From: Candidatus Saccharimonadales bacterium
Lineage (GTDB): Bacteria > Patescibacteriota > Saccharimonadia > Saccharimonadales > 2-12-FULL-41-12
NCBI GenBank assembly: GCA_041600715.1
Contig: JBFIJM010000001.1
Coordinates: 533,425-597,424 of the forward strand
Length of the DNA stretch: 64,000 bases
Direction of reading: 5' to 3'
Positions 55,149 to 64,000 of this stretch are shown here, piece by piece. Positions within the stretch are counted from its first letter, which is position 1. Each line of letters starts with the position of its first letter. Made by a program: the position numbers and the translations under genes. The notes under the pieces are model-generated. The model did no database searches. It saw only the letters and a program-made list of their open reading frames with translations, and was not told the DNA's origin.

Positions 55149-56296
55149 AACCTTTAAAGGTTGCTCTGGTTCATGACTGGTTAGTTGGCGGTGGTGCAGA
55201 GCTTGTAGTTGAGCAACTTCATAAAATTTATCCATATGCCCCTATTTATACTTCTTACTGCACGCCAGAGTGGCGGGAACGGCTAGATAATAAAGTTGTT
55301 ACGGGGTATTTACAGCATCTTGGTAAGGTTCGTAAATTCATCCCTTTCTTGCGTATCTGGTGGTTCCAGTCACTCAAGCTCGACGATTATGACCTTGTGA
55401 TTAGCAGTTCCGGCGCAGAGGCAAAAGGCGTCATATTAGGAACTAGGAAATTGAAGCTAGGAAATAGGAGGCGACAGAAATCTACCAAACCATTACATAT
55501 TGCTTATATTCACGCCCCTACGCATTATTACTGGAGTAGGTATAATGATTATCTCAAAAATCCAGGATTTGGCGTATTTAATCCGCTAGCGCGCCTAGGT
55601 CTTAAACTATTGGTTTCCCCTTTGCGAAAATGGGACTATAAAGCTTCTCAGCGCCCAGACCGACTGATCGCAAATTCCACCCACACTCAGGCAGAAATCA
55701 AAAAGTATTATAACCGCGATAGCACTGTTATCCACCCACCCGTCAATACGGATCGTTTTGCTAGTTCCAAGTTCCTAGTTCCTAGTTCCCAACGTTCCGG
55801 TTTCGTTATTACAGGACGACAGGTGCCTTATAAGCGCATAGACCTCGCAGTCCGTGCTTGCACAGAACTAGACCTTCCTCTAACCGTAGTCGGGGACGGC
55901 CCAGAGCACCAGAGCCTTAAGAAGCTAGCTGGCCCATCTATTACTTTTGTTGGCGCTGTAAGCAACGAAGAGGTTGTGCGCTACGTGAGTTCAGCCGAAG
56001 CATTCATCTTCCCCGGTCTCGATGATTTTGGTATCGCTCCGGTAGAAGCACTTGCATCTGGGACGCCAGTCATCGTCTACAAAGCTGGCGGAGCGCTGGA
56101 CTACGTAATACCAGGTAAAACCGGCGAATTCTTCACCGAACAAACCGTAGACTCACTCAAAACAGCGCTCCAGTCGTTTGACTCAAAAAAATACGACCAG
56201 ACCATAATCAAATCAAAAGCTAAAGAGTTTTCAATAGAAAAGTTTACGCAAAAAACAACAGACATAATCCATGATTTTTGCGACAATACTAGGTAA
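55115..56296 (+). CDS. Glycosyltransferase family 4
   Basis: VALVHDWL..GGAE, IANS, PPV, R.V.YKR.D, DDFGIAPVEA.A.G.PV. Confidence 0.93.
   Translation: MTNEKRKMKNEQPLKVALVHDWLVGGGAELVVEQLHKIYPYAPIYTSYCTPEWRERLDNKVVTGYLQHLGKVRKFIPFLRIWWFQSLKLDDYDLVISSSGAEAKGVILGTRKLKLGNRRRQKSTKPLHIAYIHAPTHYYWSRYNDYLKNPGFGVFNPLARLGLKLLVSPLRKWDYKASQRPDRLIANSTHTQAEIKKYYNRDSTVIHPPVNTDRFASSKFLVPSSQRSGFVITGRQVPYKRIDLAVRACTELDLPLTVVGDGPEHQSLKKLAGPSITFVGAVSNEEVVRYVSSAEAFIFPGLDDFGIAPVEALASGTPVIVYKAGGALDYVIPGKTGEFFTEQTVDSLKTALQSFDSKKYDQTIIKSKAKEFSIEKFTQKTTDIIHDFCDNTR
55437..55788. repeat. Pair of mutually complementary heptamer arrays inside the GT4 gene
   Basis: TAGGAAC TAGGAAA TTGAAGC TAGGAAA TAGGAGG (55437-55471) and CTAGTTC CAAGTTC CTAGTTC CTAGTTC (55761-55788). 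Confidence 0.85.
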
Positions 56297-56313
56297 ATAG
56301 GAGATTTTTTTAA

Positions 56314-56835
56314 ATGAGCGCAGAACAAAATATGCCAGGCGATAAAAATCGTATTATAGAAGAAACAAGAATTCACTTAACCGAGCAAAACTTCCAAATT
56401 GAAACAGAAGACAGCGCACGGCCATGGGGCGCTTTTTTTGTCATAGCAAAAGAGTCGGAGTCGTCTTTTATCAACACCTACTTTAGTGATGTTGAGAAAT
56501 CAGAAATCTACAAGTATGGAGAGAACATTAGTCCTAAAATACTTATCGTAGCCCCAAATCAAGAACTATCGTGGCAGTACCATCACAGACGAGCAGAGCT
56601 ATGGAAAGTCGTCCGAGGACCTATAGGTGTAGTCCAAAGTAGTTCAGACGCTATTACCGATACTGTATTTTATGAGAACGACGCGTTAATAAAACATGAT
56701 GCCGGTGTCCGCCACAGGCTGGTCGGCGGTAATGACTGGGGTGTTGTTGCAGAAATATGGCAACATACCAATCCTTCTCTACCTTCAGACGAAGATGACA
56801 TCGTGCGTCTTCAGGATAATTACGGGCGTAACTAA
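56314..56835 (+). CDS. Cupin protein, mannose-6-phosphate isomerase type II-like
   Basis: RPWG, LSWQYH.RRAE.W, RHRL, DE.DIVRLQD.YGR. Confidence 0.85.
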   Translation: MSAEQNMPGDKNRIIEETRIHLTEQNFQIETEDSARPWGAFFVIAKESESSFINTYFSDVEKSEIYKYGENISPKILIVAPNQELSWQYHHRRAELWKVVRGPIGVVQSSSDAITDTVFYENDALIKHDAGVRHRLVGGNDWGVVAEIWQHTNPSLPSDEDDIVRLQDNYGRN

Positions 56836-56858
56836 CATTTAATAAGGAGCAAGGTAAT

Positions 56859-57071
56859 ATGGAAATTATCAACCAAGCACTCGAATCAATAGGTTCAGTG
56901 AATTCTTTTGCGAGTTCGCGAGGCCTAGACCCAGCACAGACAGAAACATTTAGTGCTTATACTAAGGAGCTCACATCACATCGACAAAAACTTGCAGAGC
57001 TTGGCAGTATCAGTCTAGATGCCCTACATTCAACCACCCAGATAAATACCTCAGAAACTACAAACCCTTAA
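56859..57071 (+). CDS. Hypothetical protein
   Basis: 70 aa with AAGGAG/AAGG upstream. Confidence 0.55.
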   Translation: MEIINQALESIGSVNSFASSRGLDPAQTETFSAYTKELTSHRQKLAELGSISLDALHSTTQINTSETTNP

Positions 57072-57564
57072 ATTCTTTATAGCTTTTTACAGCTTGAGCT
57101 ACAAATTTTTTCTGTTGTTGCATCATGTCAGCAGGCAGTCGATCTGCGTTATAAAATTTAAACTTGTCCCCGTCTTCTTTAACTTCTACCCAAAATATCT
57201 GTGCCTGTTCGGCGCCACGCTTACCTTCGTGGAATAAACTTCCTACATAATGCGGGTTTGAAATTTCTAGACCTTTTAGTTCTTCAACAATAATCCTTTT
57301 GTATGCTCCGTGCATTTCGCCGTAATTATCCGTCGATCTAACAACTGTTCCTGGAGTATGCAGTTCTCCTGGCCATATGTCATCATGCTTTGACCTTCTA
57401 ATAAGCAGAACCTCTACTCTACCGTCACGAACCCTTAGTGGAACAAACTCGATAATAGGTGTTACTACGAGTCTTGCGACTGACTTAAAAACCTCGTACG
57501 GTAGAAACCCAGGGTCTAACTTTGAAAGAAGTTTAACTAGTTCTTTCTCTTCGTTTTTTTCCAT
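57058..57564 (-). CDS. NUDIX-fold protein (divergent)
   Basis: EVLLIRR...WPG..H.PG.V...A..RI..EEL. Confidence 0.7.
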   Translation of the reverse strand: MEKNEEKELVKLLSKLDPGFLPYEVFKSVARLVVTPIIEFVPLRVRDGRVEVLLIRRSKHDDIWPGELHTPGTVVRSTDNYGEMHGAYKRIIVEELKGLEISNPHYVGSLFHEGKRGAEQAQIFWVEVKEDGDKFKFYNADRLPADMMQQQKKFVAQAVKSYKEFKGL

Positions 57565-58322
57565 TAGTCAGAAATGCAAAGAATAGCGTCTAGAGCTACT
57601 GCTGTTTCTTGCCATGACTCGACGGCAACGCTATCAATTCCTATCGCTTTAACCGGATAATCATTACCACCTTCTTGCAGGCTATCTCCAAAGAACAGTA
57701 TCTCGTCTTTGCCTATCTCAAGCGCCTCCATAAGTTTACGCATTCCGTAAGCCTTATCCACGCCAATACGGGTAATGTCTACGGAAGTCGTGCCCCCAAC
57801 TCTTACTTCTAAATCATCTAAACGTTCAGCAACGTAATCTCTTAGGGCGCTCTTTTTCTTTTTGTCAGGATCCCATGCATACTTCTTTTCTGGAGGGGCT
57901 TGCTGGCCAAGCGCAGAATAGGTAATCTGGCTTCCCCTATCTTCAATTATCTCCCCGTATGGCTTCTCTTCCCAGATGCCCAACTCTTTAGCGCCAGCCT
58001 TTAATACACTGATGATTTTACTTTTCTGTTCCTCGGTTAAATCTTCGGCGTATAATTGTTTCCACTCACTACTCGTTAGATCATAACGATAGTACCTCGT
58101 ACCGCAAGAGGGCATGAGGTGAAATCTCTGAAGAAAATGCTTCTCTATTTCAAGACGATCAATAACTTGTTTCTTAAACTGCTCATATTTACCGCCAGAG
58201 ATTATACAAACTTCATACTTTTCTACTAGCTTTCCGAGTAGCTCTGCCATCCTATCGCTTATCGGTGACTTAGTCACTGCTAACGTATCATCCAGGTCAA
58301 AAGCTATAAGTTTCTTTGCCAT
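57564..58322 (-). CDS. HAD-IIB phosphomannomutase (PMM-type)
   Basis: FDLDDTL, ISGG, EDRGSQIT.S.LG, GG.TS.D, DKAYG, FFGD..EGGND. Confidence 0.88.
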   Translation of the reverse strand: MAKKLIAFDLDDTLAVTKSPISDRMAELLGKLVEKYEVCIISGGKYEQFKKQVIDRLEIEKHFLQRFHLMPSCGTRYYRYDLTSSEWKQLYAEDLTEEQKSKIISVLKAGAKELGIWEEKPYGEIIEDRGSQITYSALGQQAPPEKKYAWDPDKKKKSALRDYVAERLDDLEVRVGGTTSVDITRIGVDKAYGMRKLMEALEIGKDEILFFGDSLQEGGNDYPVKAIGIDSVAVESWQETAVALDAILCISD

Positions 58323-58323
58323 A

Positions 58324-59364
58324 TTAGTTCTTCCTTGAGTTAATACGTTTACTAACTTCGCCTACTTTTTGCGCTAAATCTTTGCGTGCGACGAGGATCC
58401 CGTCTTTAGTGTTGATTACTACGACGTTATCAAGACCAATCACAGCGACCGGCTTATCAGTATCATGGTTCTGTATAAATGAGTTCTCTACACCTTCTAT
58501 TTCTACATCGCCGTGCCAATGATTGCCCGTCTGATCAGACCCAGCAGCCTTATGGAGATCGCCAAACGATCCTAAGTCCATCCAGTCAAAACTTGCCGGG
58601 ACGACTAAAAGGTCATCTACATGCTCGATTAGAGCATAGTCAATTGTATTGTTCTCAAATCCAAGATAAGTTTCTTCATATTTATCACCAGATACTATTA
58701 AGTCATCAAGATTCTTTAGTAGATCAGGCGCACTCGCCTGCATTGCGCTTCTGAACGTTTCTACAGACCCTACAAAGTAACCACTGTTCCATAAGTACTT
58801 ACCTGTCGCGATGTATTCTCTAGCCGTTTCATAATCAGGCTTCTCCTTAAATGAGTGTACATCAAAAACAAATGACTCTTCATCGAACACACCGTCCTTT
58901 TGTATATATCCAAAGCCTGTAGCTGGATGGTCAGGCTCAATACCCACCAACACAATACGGCCTTCGCTTCGGGAAATTTCTCCTGCAATCTTAAAGCTAT
59001 GAGCAAAACCCTCAATATCTCGCACATAATGGTCGGCTGATAAGAATGCGATAGGCTCGTCGGTATCATGCCTTTTTTGAATTACCTCAAGCGCAGCAAT
59101 AATACAGCTCGCGGTACCTCTACGTGCTGGCTCGATAATAAATCCATCATCACCCAAATCAGGTATTTGCTCTTTTACATGATGTGCGTGACTCGCCTCA
59201 GTAAGTACATAAACATTGTTCGATATCGCTTTTGCACGATCATAAGTTTTTTGAACCAGAGACTTATCGTCGCCATTAATTTTTAGTAAATGTTTTGGAT
59301 ATTTAGGAGTAGACAATGGCCACAAACGCGTACCAGACCCTCCCGCGATAATTACTACAATCAT
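58324..59364 (-). CDS. manC: Mannose-1-phosphate guanylyltransferase
   Basis: AGGSGTRLWP.S....PK, EP..R.TA, ADH, TGFGYI, F.EKP, WNSG, DYA..E, W.D.GS. Confidence 0.92.
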   Translation of the reverse strand: MIVVIIAGGSGTRLWPLSTPKYPKHLLKINGDDKSLVQKTYDRAKAISNNVYVLTEASHAHHVKEQIPDLGDDGFIIEPARRGTASCIIAALEVIQKRHDTDEPIAFLSADHYVRDIEGFAHSFKIAGEISRSEGRIVLVGIEPDHPATGFGYIQKDGVFDEESFVFDVHSFKEKPDYETAREYIATGKYLWNSGYFVGSVETFRSAMQASAPDLLKNLDDLIVSGDKYEETYLGFENNTIDYALIEHVDDLLVVPASFDWMDLGSFGDLHKAAGSDQTGNHWHGDVEIEGVENSFIQNHDTDKPVAVIGLDNVVVINTKDGILVARKDLAQKVGEVSKRINSRKN

Positions 59365-59441
59365 ACATACATGATAACAGCACGTAGGCTTTCAGTCGCT
59401 GTCTCTGTAAATATTACGCCAGTTAAGGTAAAATAACAGTA

Positions 59442-60383
59442 GTGAAGCTAATCGTACAAATACCATGCCTCAACGAAGCCGAGACTTTACCTCTTGTTTT
59501 GGAATCTATACCAAAGAAAATCAGTGGCATTGATGAGATTATCGTGCTAGTTATCGATGACGGCTCGACAGACGATACTTTCAAGATTGCCAAGCAACAC
59601 GGCGTCAAACATTTCGTACGCCATAAAAAAAACATGGGGCTTGCTCGCTCCTTTCAAGACGGAGTTAATTATGCCCTTAGTATCGGTGCAGACATTGTGG
59701 TCAATACCGACGGTGACAACCAGTACCCTCAAAACCGTATAGGAGATCTTGTTCGTCCTATCCTGGAGGGTAAAGCCGAGATCGTCATTGCCGATCGTCA
59801 GACGCATACTATCTCGCATTTTTCTCCTCTCAAGAAGCTCTTTCAGCGAGCTGGTAGCTATGTAGTCAACAAGGCTTCAGGCACTAATCTCCCTGATGCA
59901 GCAAGTGGTTTCCGAGCATACTCACGCGAATCATTATATCAACTCACCATCATCACTCAGTTTAGCTACTGCATGGAGACTATTATCCAGGCGGGCAATA
60001 AGCACATACCCATAGAGAGCATCCCTGTAGAGACCAATGCAAAAACGCGCGAATCCCGACTGTTCAAAAACATGTGGCAGCATATTTATAAATCAGGTAT
60101 AGCCATCTTCCGTAGCTTTATTATGTTCAAGCCGTACGCCGTATTTGCTAGTCTAGGCCTTCTCCTTCTTGCGCTCGGTTTGATACCATTTGCTCGCTAT
60201 GCGTACTTGCTTGCAAGCGGTAATAAGGGCGACCATATCCAGTCTTTGCTCCTCGGTTCTATCCTGATTCTTGCCTCTCTACTTTGTTTCGCTCTCGGAG
60301 TAATAGCGGACCTCATACGTACCAACCGAACCCTTCATGACGAAACCCTCGAGCGAATCAAACGCCAACAGTACCCTAAGTAG
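59442..60383 (+). CDS. Glycosyltransferase family 2 (DPM1-like) with C-terminal TMs
   Basis: IPCLNE, DDGSTD, DGDNQY, D..SGFRAYS. Confidence 0.92.
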   Translation: MKLIVQIPCLNEAETLPLVLESIPKKISGIDEIIVLVIDDGSTDDTFKIAKQHGVKHFVRHKKNMGLARSFQDGVNYALSIGADIVVNTDGDNQYPQNRIGDLVRPILEGKAEIVIADRQTHTISHFSPLKKLFQRAGSYVVNKASGTNLPDAASGFRAYSRESLYQLTIITQFSYCMETIIQAGNKHIPIESIPVETNAKTRESRLFKNMWQHIYKSGIAIFRSFIMFKPYAVFASLGLLLLALGLIPFARYAYLLASGNKGDHIQSLLLGSILILASLLCFALGVIADLIRTNRTLHDETLERIKRQQYPK

Positions 60384-61248
60384 TTTTACGTTTTCTTGAG
60401 CTAATACTATTGATTATGGCGATACTTATAAAACCAACAACCATGTCTACAATAAAGACCAATATTCTCCAGTAGATAATGGCCGCAGCACTTACAGCAA
60501 AGAACCCATATACTGCCTCGCGAACACCGATACCCCCTGGGGCGAATACAGCGAGCATACTAAGCGAAAAGGCAATCGTATTGGCTGCAAGTAGTGTCAA
60601 GACATCGACATTTATACCGAGAACATAGTTTAGCGACAGAAACGACAAACCGCACACAAACCATCCCAGCGTGGCGATCATAAACATCTGTAATAGTTTT
60701 TTAGACTCGATTGATATCGAATTAGACTTTAGTCTAAGGTTTACTTTAGGATACTTCTTATAAAGAACGGTTATCGCAAGTACTAAGGCCGTAGCAACTG
60801 CTGCCATAATCCCAAAGTGCATTGAGCCTAAGTAAAAAAGTCCAAACAAAGCAAAATTTGAGGCAAACAGGCTCATGTTCTCTAAGAGCTGAGCTAATGA
60901 ACTTTCCTTAAGCCCTAGACCTAATTTCTTGGCATAGACAGTCCTTGAAGAAAATATGAACAAACTAGTTGGCAGGTACTTATAGGGTTGCGAGGCAAAA
61001 AAAACCAGAAGCTGTTTGTCGCTACTTTTTTTGTTAAATATTCGAGTACTTACAAGCCAGTTCAGCGAGACAATTCCATAAAATATAATGAACAGCAAAG
61101 CCGACAATATCACCCATCCCCAATTCAAAGATAATGAGTCAATATCTATTTGTGAAACAAGGTTACTTATATATAAATAAGCAAAAGCAAGCAATACAAC
61201 CGTCAGTATCGGACTAACAACTCGGTATAGTTTATAAGCTATAGACAT
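60376..61248 (-). CDS. Flippase-like membrane protein (LPG synthase TM region family)
   Basis: KYLP, PGGIGVRE, YWR motifs, many TM. Confidence 0.8.
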   Translation of the reverse strand: MSIAYKLYRVVSPILTVVLLAFAYLYISNLVSQIDIDSLSLNWGWVILSALLFIIFYGIVSLNWLVSTRIFNKKSSDKQLLVFFASQPYKYLPTSLFIFSSRTVYAKKLGLGLKESSLAQLLENMSLFASNFALFGLFYLGSMHFGIMAAVATALVLAITVLYKKYPKVNLRLKSNSISIESKKLLQMFMIATLGWFVCGLSFLSLNYVLGINVDVLTLLAANTIAFSLSMLAVFAPGGIGVREAVYGFFAVSAAAIIYWRILVFIVDMVVGFISIAIINSISSRKRKTT

Positions 61249-61826
61249 TACTTCTTTTCAAATACAGCAACTTGATTCATGCCAAAAAGAAATCTTTTGT
61301 ATGCCACAAGCTTGAAACCAGCTTGGTTTGCAAGATTCTCGAGGCCCTTTCGGTCTAAGAATGTTTCATGTTCATCACGCGCATGATTACTGAATACACC
61401 TATAGACGCGCCAAGATCATGCGCTTTACGGCCCAGGGGGTGGGGCGTAGTCAACATAAAGCGACCACCTTTTCCCAAGACCTTACTAGCGTCATCGAAA
61501 AGTGTTACAGGCTTCTTAAGGTGCTCAATAAGTGCTAAAGCAGTTACAACATTAAACTTCTTTTTCTCAATTGCTTTTGGAAGATTACCACCTACCTGAA
61601 CTTTGAATAAGTGGTCTGGACTACCATTCCATTGTTTTTCAGAATCCAAGCCATAGTATTGGGTTTTAGATTTTAGGTGCTTCTTGAGCTCACCGGAACC
61701 ACAGCCGAGATCAAGCACAATATCATTCTTAGATATAAACTTACTAATATTGCTATAACGCTTTTGGGCTAAGAAGGGAGATAATAGCCCTTGCTTTTCT
61801 TGTGAATGTGAGTGATTGTCAGACAA
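61248..61826 (-). CDS. Class I SAM-dependent methyltransferase
   Basis: VLDLGCGSG, IEHL, L..GG...LTTP. Confidence 0.9.
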   Translation of the reverse strand: MSDNHSHSQEKQGLLSPFLAQKRYSNISKFISKNDIVLDLGCGSGELKKHLKSKTQYYGLDSEKQWNGSPDHLFKVQVGGNLPKAIEKKKFNVVTALALIEHLKKPVTLFDDASKVLGKGGRFMLTTPHPLGRKAHDLGASIGVFSNHARDEHETFLDRKGLENLANQAGFKLVAYKRFLFGMNQVAVFEKK

Positions 61827-61863
61827 TTAGTTACCCTTTCTTTCGTATCAATTATAACGATAT

Positions 61864-62517
61864 CTAGTCTTTTTTAGCCAACACAATTGTCCATGGCAAA
61901 GGATTTTTCCTCGAAACAACAGTACCAAACTTAGTGTTAATAAAGTCTGTTAAAGCTCCAGCAGACCAGTGATTAAGATGTCCTGTCGTATTGCCAAAGT
62001 CTTTGAGGTACTTACCGCGAGCCATGTTCAGCACTCTCCATAATGGCTCTCGCGGAACTCCAAGTATCAAATATCCTCCTGGTTTGATTACTCTTCTGAG
62101 CTCTTTGAGAGCAAGGTCAGGGTAGTCTAGATGCTCCAATACTTCCAAAAAGAAAACCACATCGAATGTGTTATCCTTGTGTTTTAGCTCATAGACGCTT
62201 TCTTCTATCACCTTGATTCCTGGGTTAAGCTTACGAGCTTTTGGCACAAGTCTCTTAACATACTCTGAGGCTTCGATAGTAGCCCCCTTAGGTAAAAAAT
62301 CTTTAAGTCTCTGCGTAGAAAATCCTTCTCCGCAACCTATTTCAATAGTCTTAAGCTTCGATTTATCAGAAAGTTGTTGTGCTTCATTAAGAAGCATCAT
62401 CACATTATCAAAGTAACCATCAAGAAGTTTTGAGCCAATTTTACCTTGGCCCTCCTCTGTGTATTTATGCGCGAAATCTTCAACTTCGGGTGTCGCTTTT
62501 AGTTTGAGTTTTGGCAT
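61864..62517 (-). CDS. Class I SAM-dependent methyltransferase
   Basis: EIGCGEG, FD.V..LEVLEHL, RV.KPGG, VPREP.W. Confidence 0.92.
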   Translation of the reverse strand: MPKLKLKATPEVEDFAHKYTEEGQGKIGSKLLDGYFDNVMMLLNEAQQLSDKSKLKTIEIGCGEGFSTQRLKDFLPKGATIEASEYVKRLVPKARKLNPGIKVIEESVYELKHKDNTFDVVFFLEVLEHLDYPDLALKELRRVIKPGGYLILGVPREPLWRVLNMARGKYLKDFGNTTGHLNHWSAGALTDFINTKFGTVVSRKNPLPWTIVLAKKD

Positions 62518-62562
62518 TGAGTTATTTTACCTTAATTACTACTAAAAATCATTAAATGACCC

Positions 62563-63999
62563 TTATTTAGTAATTAAATAAAGACCGGAATTTTGGTCGT
62601 GGGCAACATATTTTGCTCCGGCAAGCTCACTTTCAGAATAAATTTTGTGTGTAATAAATGGACCTTCGCATTCTTGGGCCCATTCTCTCAACGACATACG
62701 TTGCATCGAATGATTATAGTTTTCATACGCTATCAAACGTAAGGCCACGTTTGATTTGCCATTACCAATCGACTGTCCTTTGTTATACTCAAAACCTATA
62801 CAGGTATTCGATCTAAATAAATTTTTACTGAACACAATTTCGTCCACACTCACAGCTCTTTCTAGCACATGATGAAAATTATTTTGGAAATTTACTGTCA
62901 AAAAAATAGTTGGTATTAGTAGTACTAGAGCCAACTTCCCGATACATCTTACTAACACCACTATTATAGAAAATACTGTCGTTCCAAAAATAAACCATAC
63001 TAAATAATTAATTTCATCATTCAGTACAGACGGCCAAAAGGAAGGTATAACAGGGAAATTTAGAAAATCATCACTTACTAATTTCATAGTTATAAAGTTA
63101 AGCATTACACCGACGGCAACTAGTGCAGGCAAAATCATGCCGACATCTTTTACTCGCCAAGAAGATAAGAGGCCAAAAACTAGAAGTGGCCAAATATACA
63201 GTTCCGTATATCTGCCATATATCCAGTGATGATATTGTAACTCTCCGTTTAACCCCCAGTACATCAAGAAAGTAAGCGAACCCATAATCGATGCACACAC
63301 AACAGCCGTCCATAGTAAAAAGACAATAATAAGCATTTGATCTTCAATTAACATCTTTGCCTTTACGAGAATGGACCCCTTGATTTTATATAGCTTGCGC
63401 ACAAGCTCCAATACTGGGAAGAGCGCGATGCCAAATGTCGCTATGATAATTTGAGATACCTGCCCCAGGACCATCGAGAAGAACGCAAGCCAGAATTTCT
63501 CTGACCGTGCGTATTCAAAAGCACTTATATTCCCGCCTGCAACGTCATCGTAATGATTCCATACTTCATAACCATCAGGTGTCATAATATTATTAAGAAG
63601 CGGGTGCAGTGCAAATTTGTAGACAATAATCATTACGGCTAATGTACCGAACAAAACAATAAGAGGACGATATGTATGGCGTAAATATGATCTGTATAAT
63701 AAAACGAGAAAAATACCGGGATATAAGGCAATGGCTAGAGGATGAACCCAATATAGAAATCCTAGCGAGCCACCTAGAAGAAAAGAAACACGGCTGTTAT
63801 GGGGGCGTTTGATGACAAATAGATTTAATACAACAATTAAGATCAGTACGAATAAACTGCTACTAAAAGCGTAGCTACTTGTAATTATCCAACTAGGGTA
63901 TATCGCGGAAGCAGCGCAGGCCAAAACTACTTTGTAGGGCGCAGTACTCGGAAATAGATTCTTGATCAGCCTAAACAATAGGAATAATGAAGCTCCCCA
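62563..63999 (-). CDS. Polytopic membrane protein, GT-C-like (5' end outside the window)
   Basis: Frame open to the window end; many TM; located in the glycan locus. Confidence 0.65.
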   Translation of the reverse strand, partial: WGASLFLLFRLIKNLFPSTAPYKVVLACAASAIYPSWIITSSYAFSSSLFVLILIVVLNLFVIKRPHNSRVSFLLGGSLGFLYWVHPLAIALYPGIFLVLLYRSYLRHTYRPLIVLFGTLAVMIIVYKFALHPLLNNIMTPDGYEVWNHYDDVAGGNISAFEYARSEKFWLAFFSMVLGQVSQIIIATFGIALFPVLELVRKLYKIKGSILVKAKMLIEDQMLIIVFLLWTAVVCASIMGSLTFLMYWGLNGELQYHHWIYGRYTELYIWPLLVFGLLSSWRVKDVGMILPALVAVGVMLNFITMKLVSDDFLNFPVIPSFWPSVLNDEINYLVWFIFGTTVFSIIVVLVRCIGKLALVLLIPTIFLTVNFQNNFHHVLERAVSVDEIVFSKNLFRSNTCIGFEYNKGQSIGNGKSNVALRLIAYENYNHSMQRMSLREWAQECEGPFITHKIYSESELAGAKYVAHDQNSGLYLITK

Positions 64000-64000
64000 C

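Noticed and set aside
911-63313. Numerous 60-145-aa ORFs overlapping longer genes on the opposite strand or in another frame
   Set aside because: Shadow ORFs of well-supported genes, with no motifs or start signals

Overview
Chromosomal segment of a small-genome bacterium, most likely Candidatus Saccharibacteria (TM7, Patescibacteria/CPR). This assignment is an inference from gene content: short non-discriminating AspRS, HAD-type phosphomannomutase, ComEC plus lamin-tail protein, LexA DNA-binding domain without peptidase, and many apparently leaderless genes. The window carries tilS-ftsH, all three CAU-anticodon tRNAs (elongator Met, fMet, Ile2), transport and regulatory genes, a competence-like operon, large surface proteins, an actinobacterial-type C50 carotenoid module (crtI, two small cyclase subunits, crtEb) and the start of a surface-glycan locus. 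There is no CRISPR array, integrase or transposase. The most striking unexplained signal is a set of 4-5-unit heptanucleotide arrays. One complementary pair brackets a four-helix-bundle (IVP/Avd-like) gene, a second complementary pair is inserted in frame within the next glycosyltransferase, and single arrays lie in tilS and over the lexA-like start codon. Other notable items: an intact tRNA-Met nested between the two halves of a degenerate tRNA, a cobalamin-type riboswitch with kissing loop ahead of an unknown Zn-ribbon protein, an Asp-Asn-Asn leader peptide before aspS, an A10 -1 frameshift junction, a palindrome-rich intergenic element, and several unannotated small ORFs near CRP boxes.
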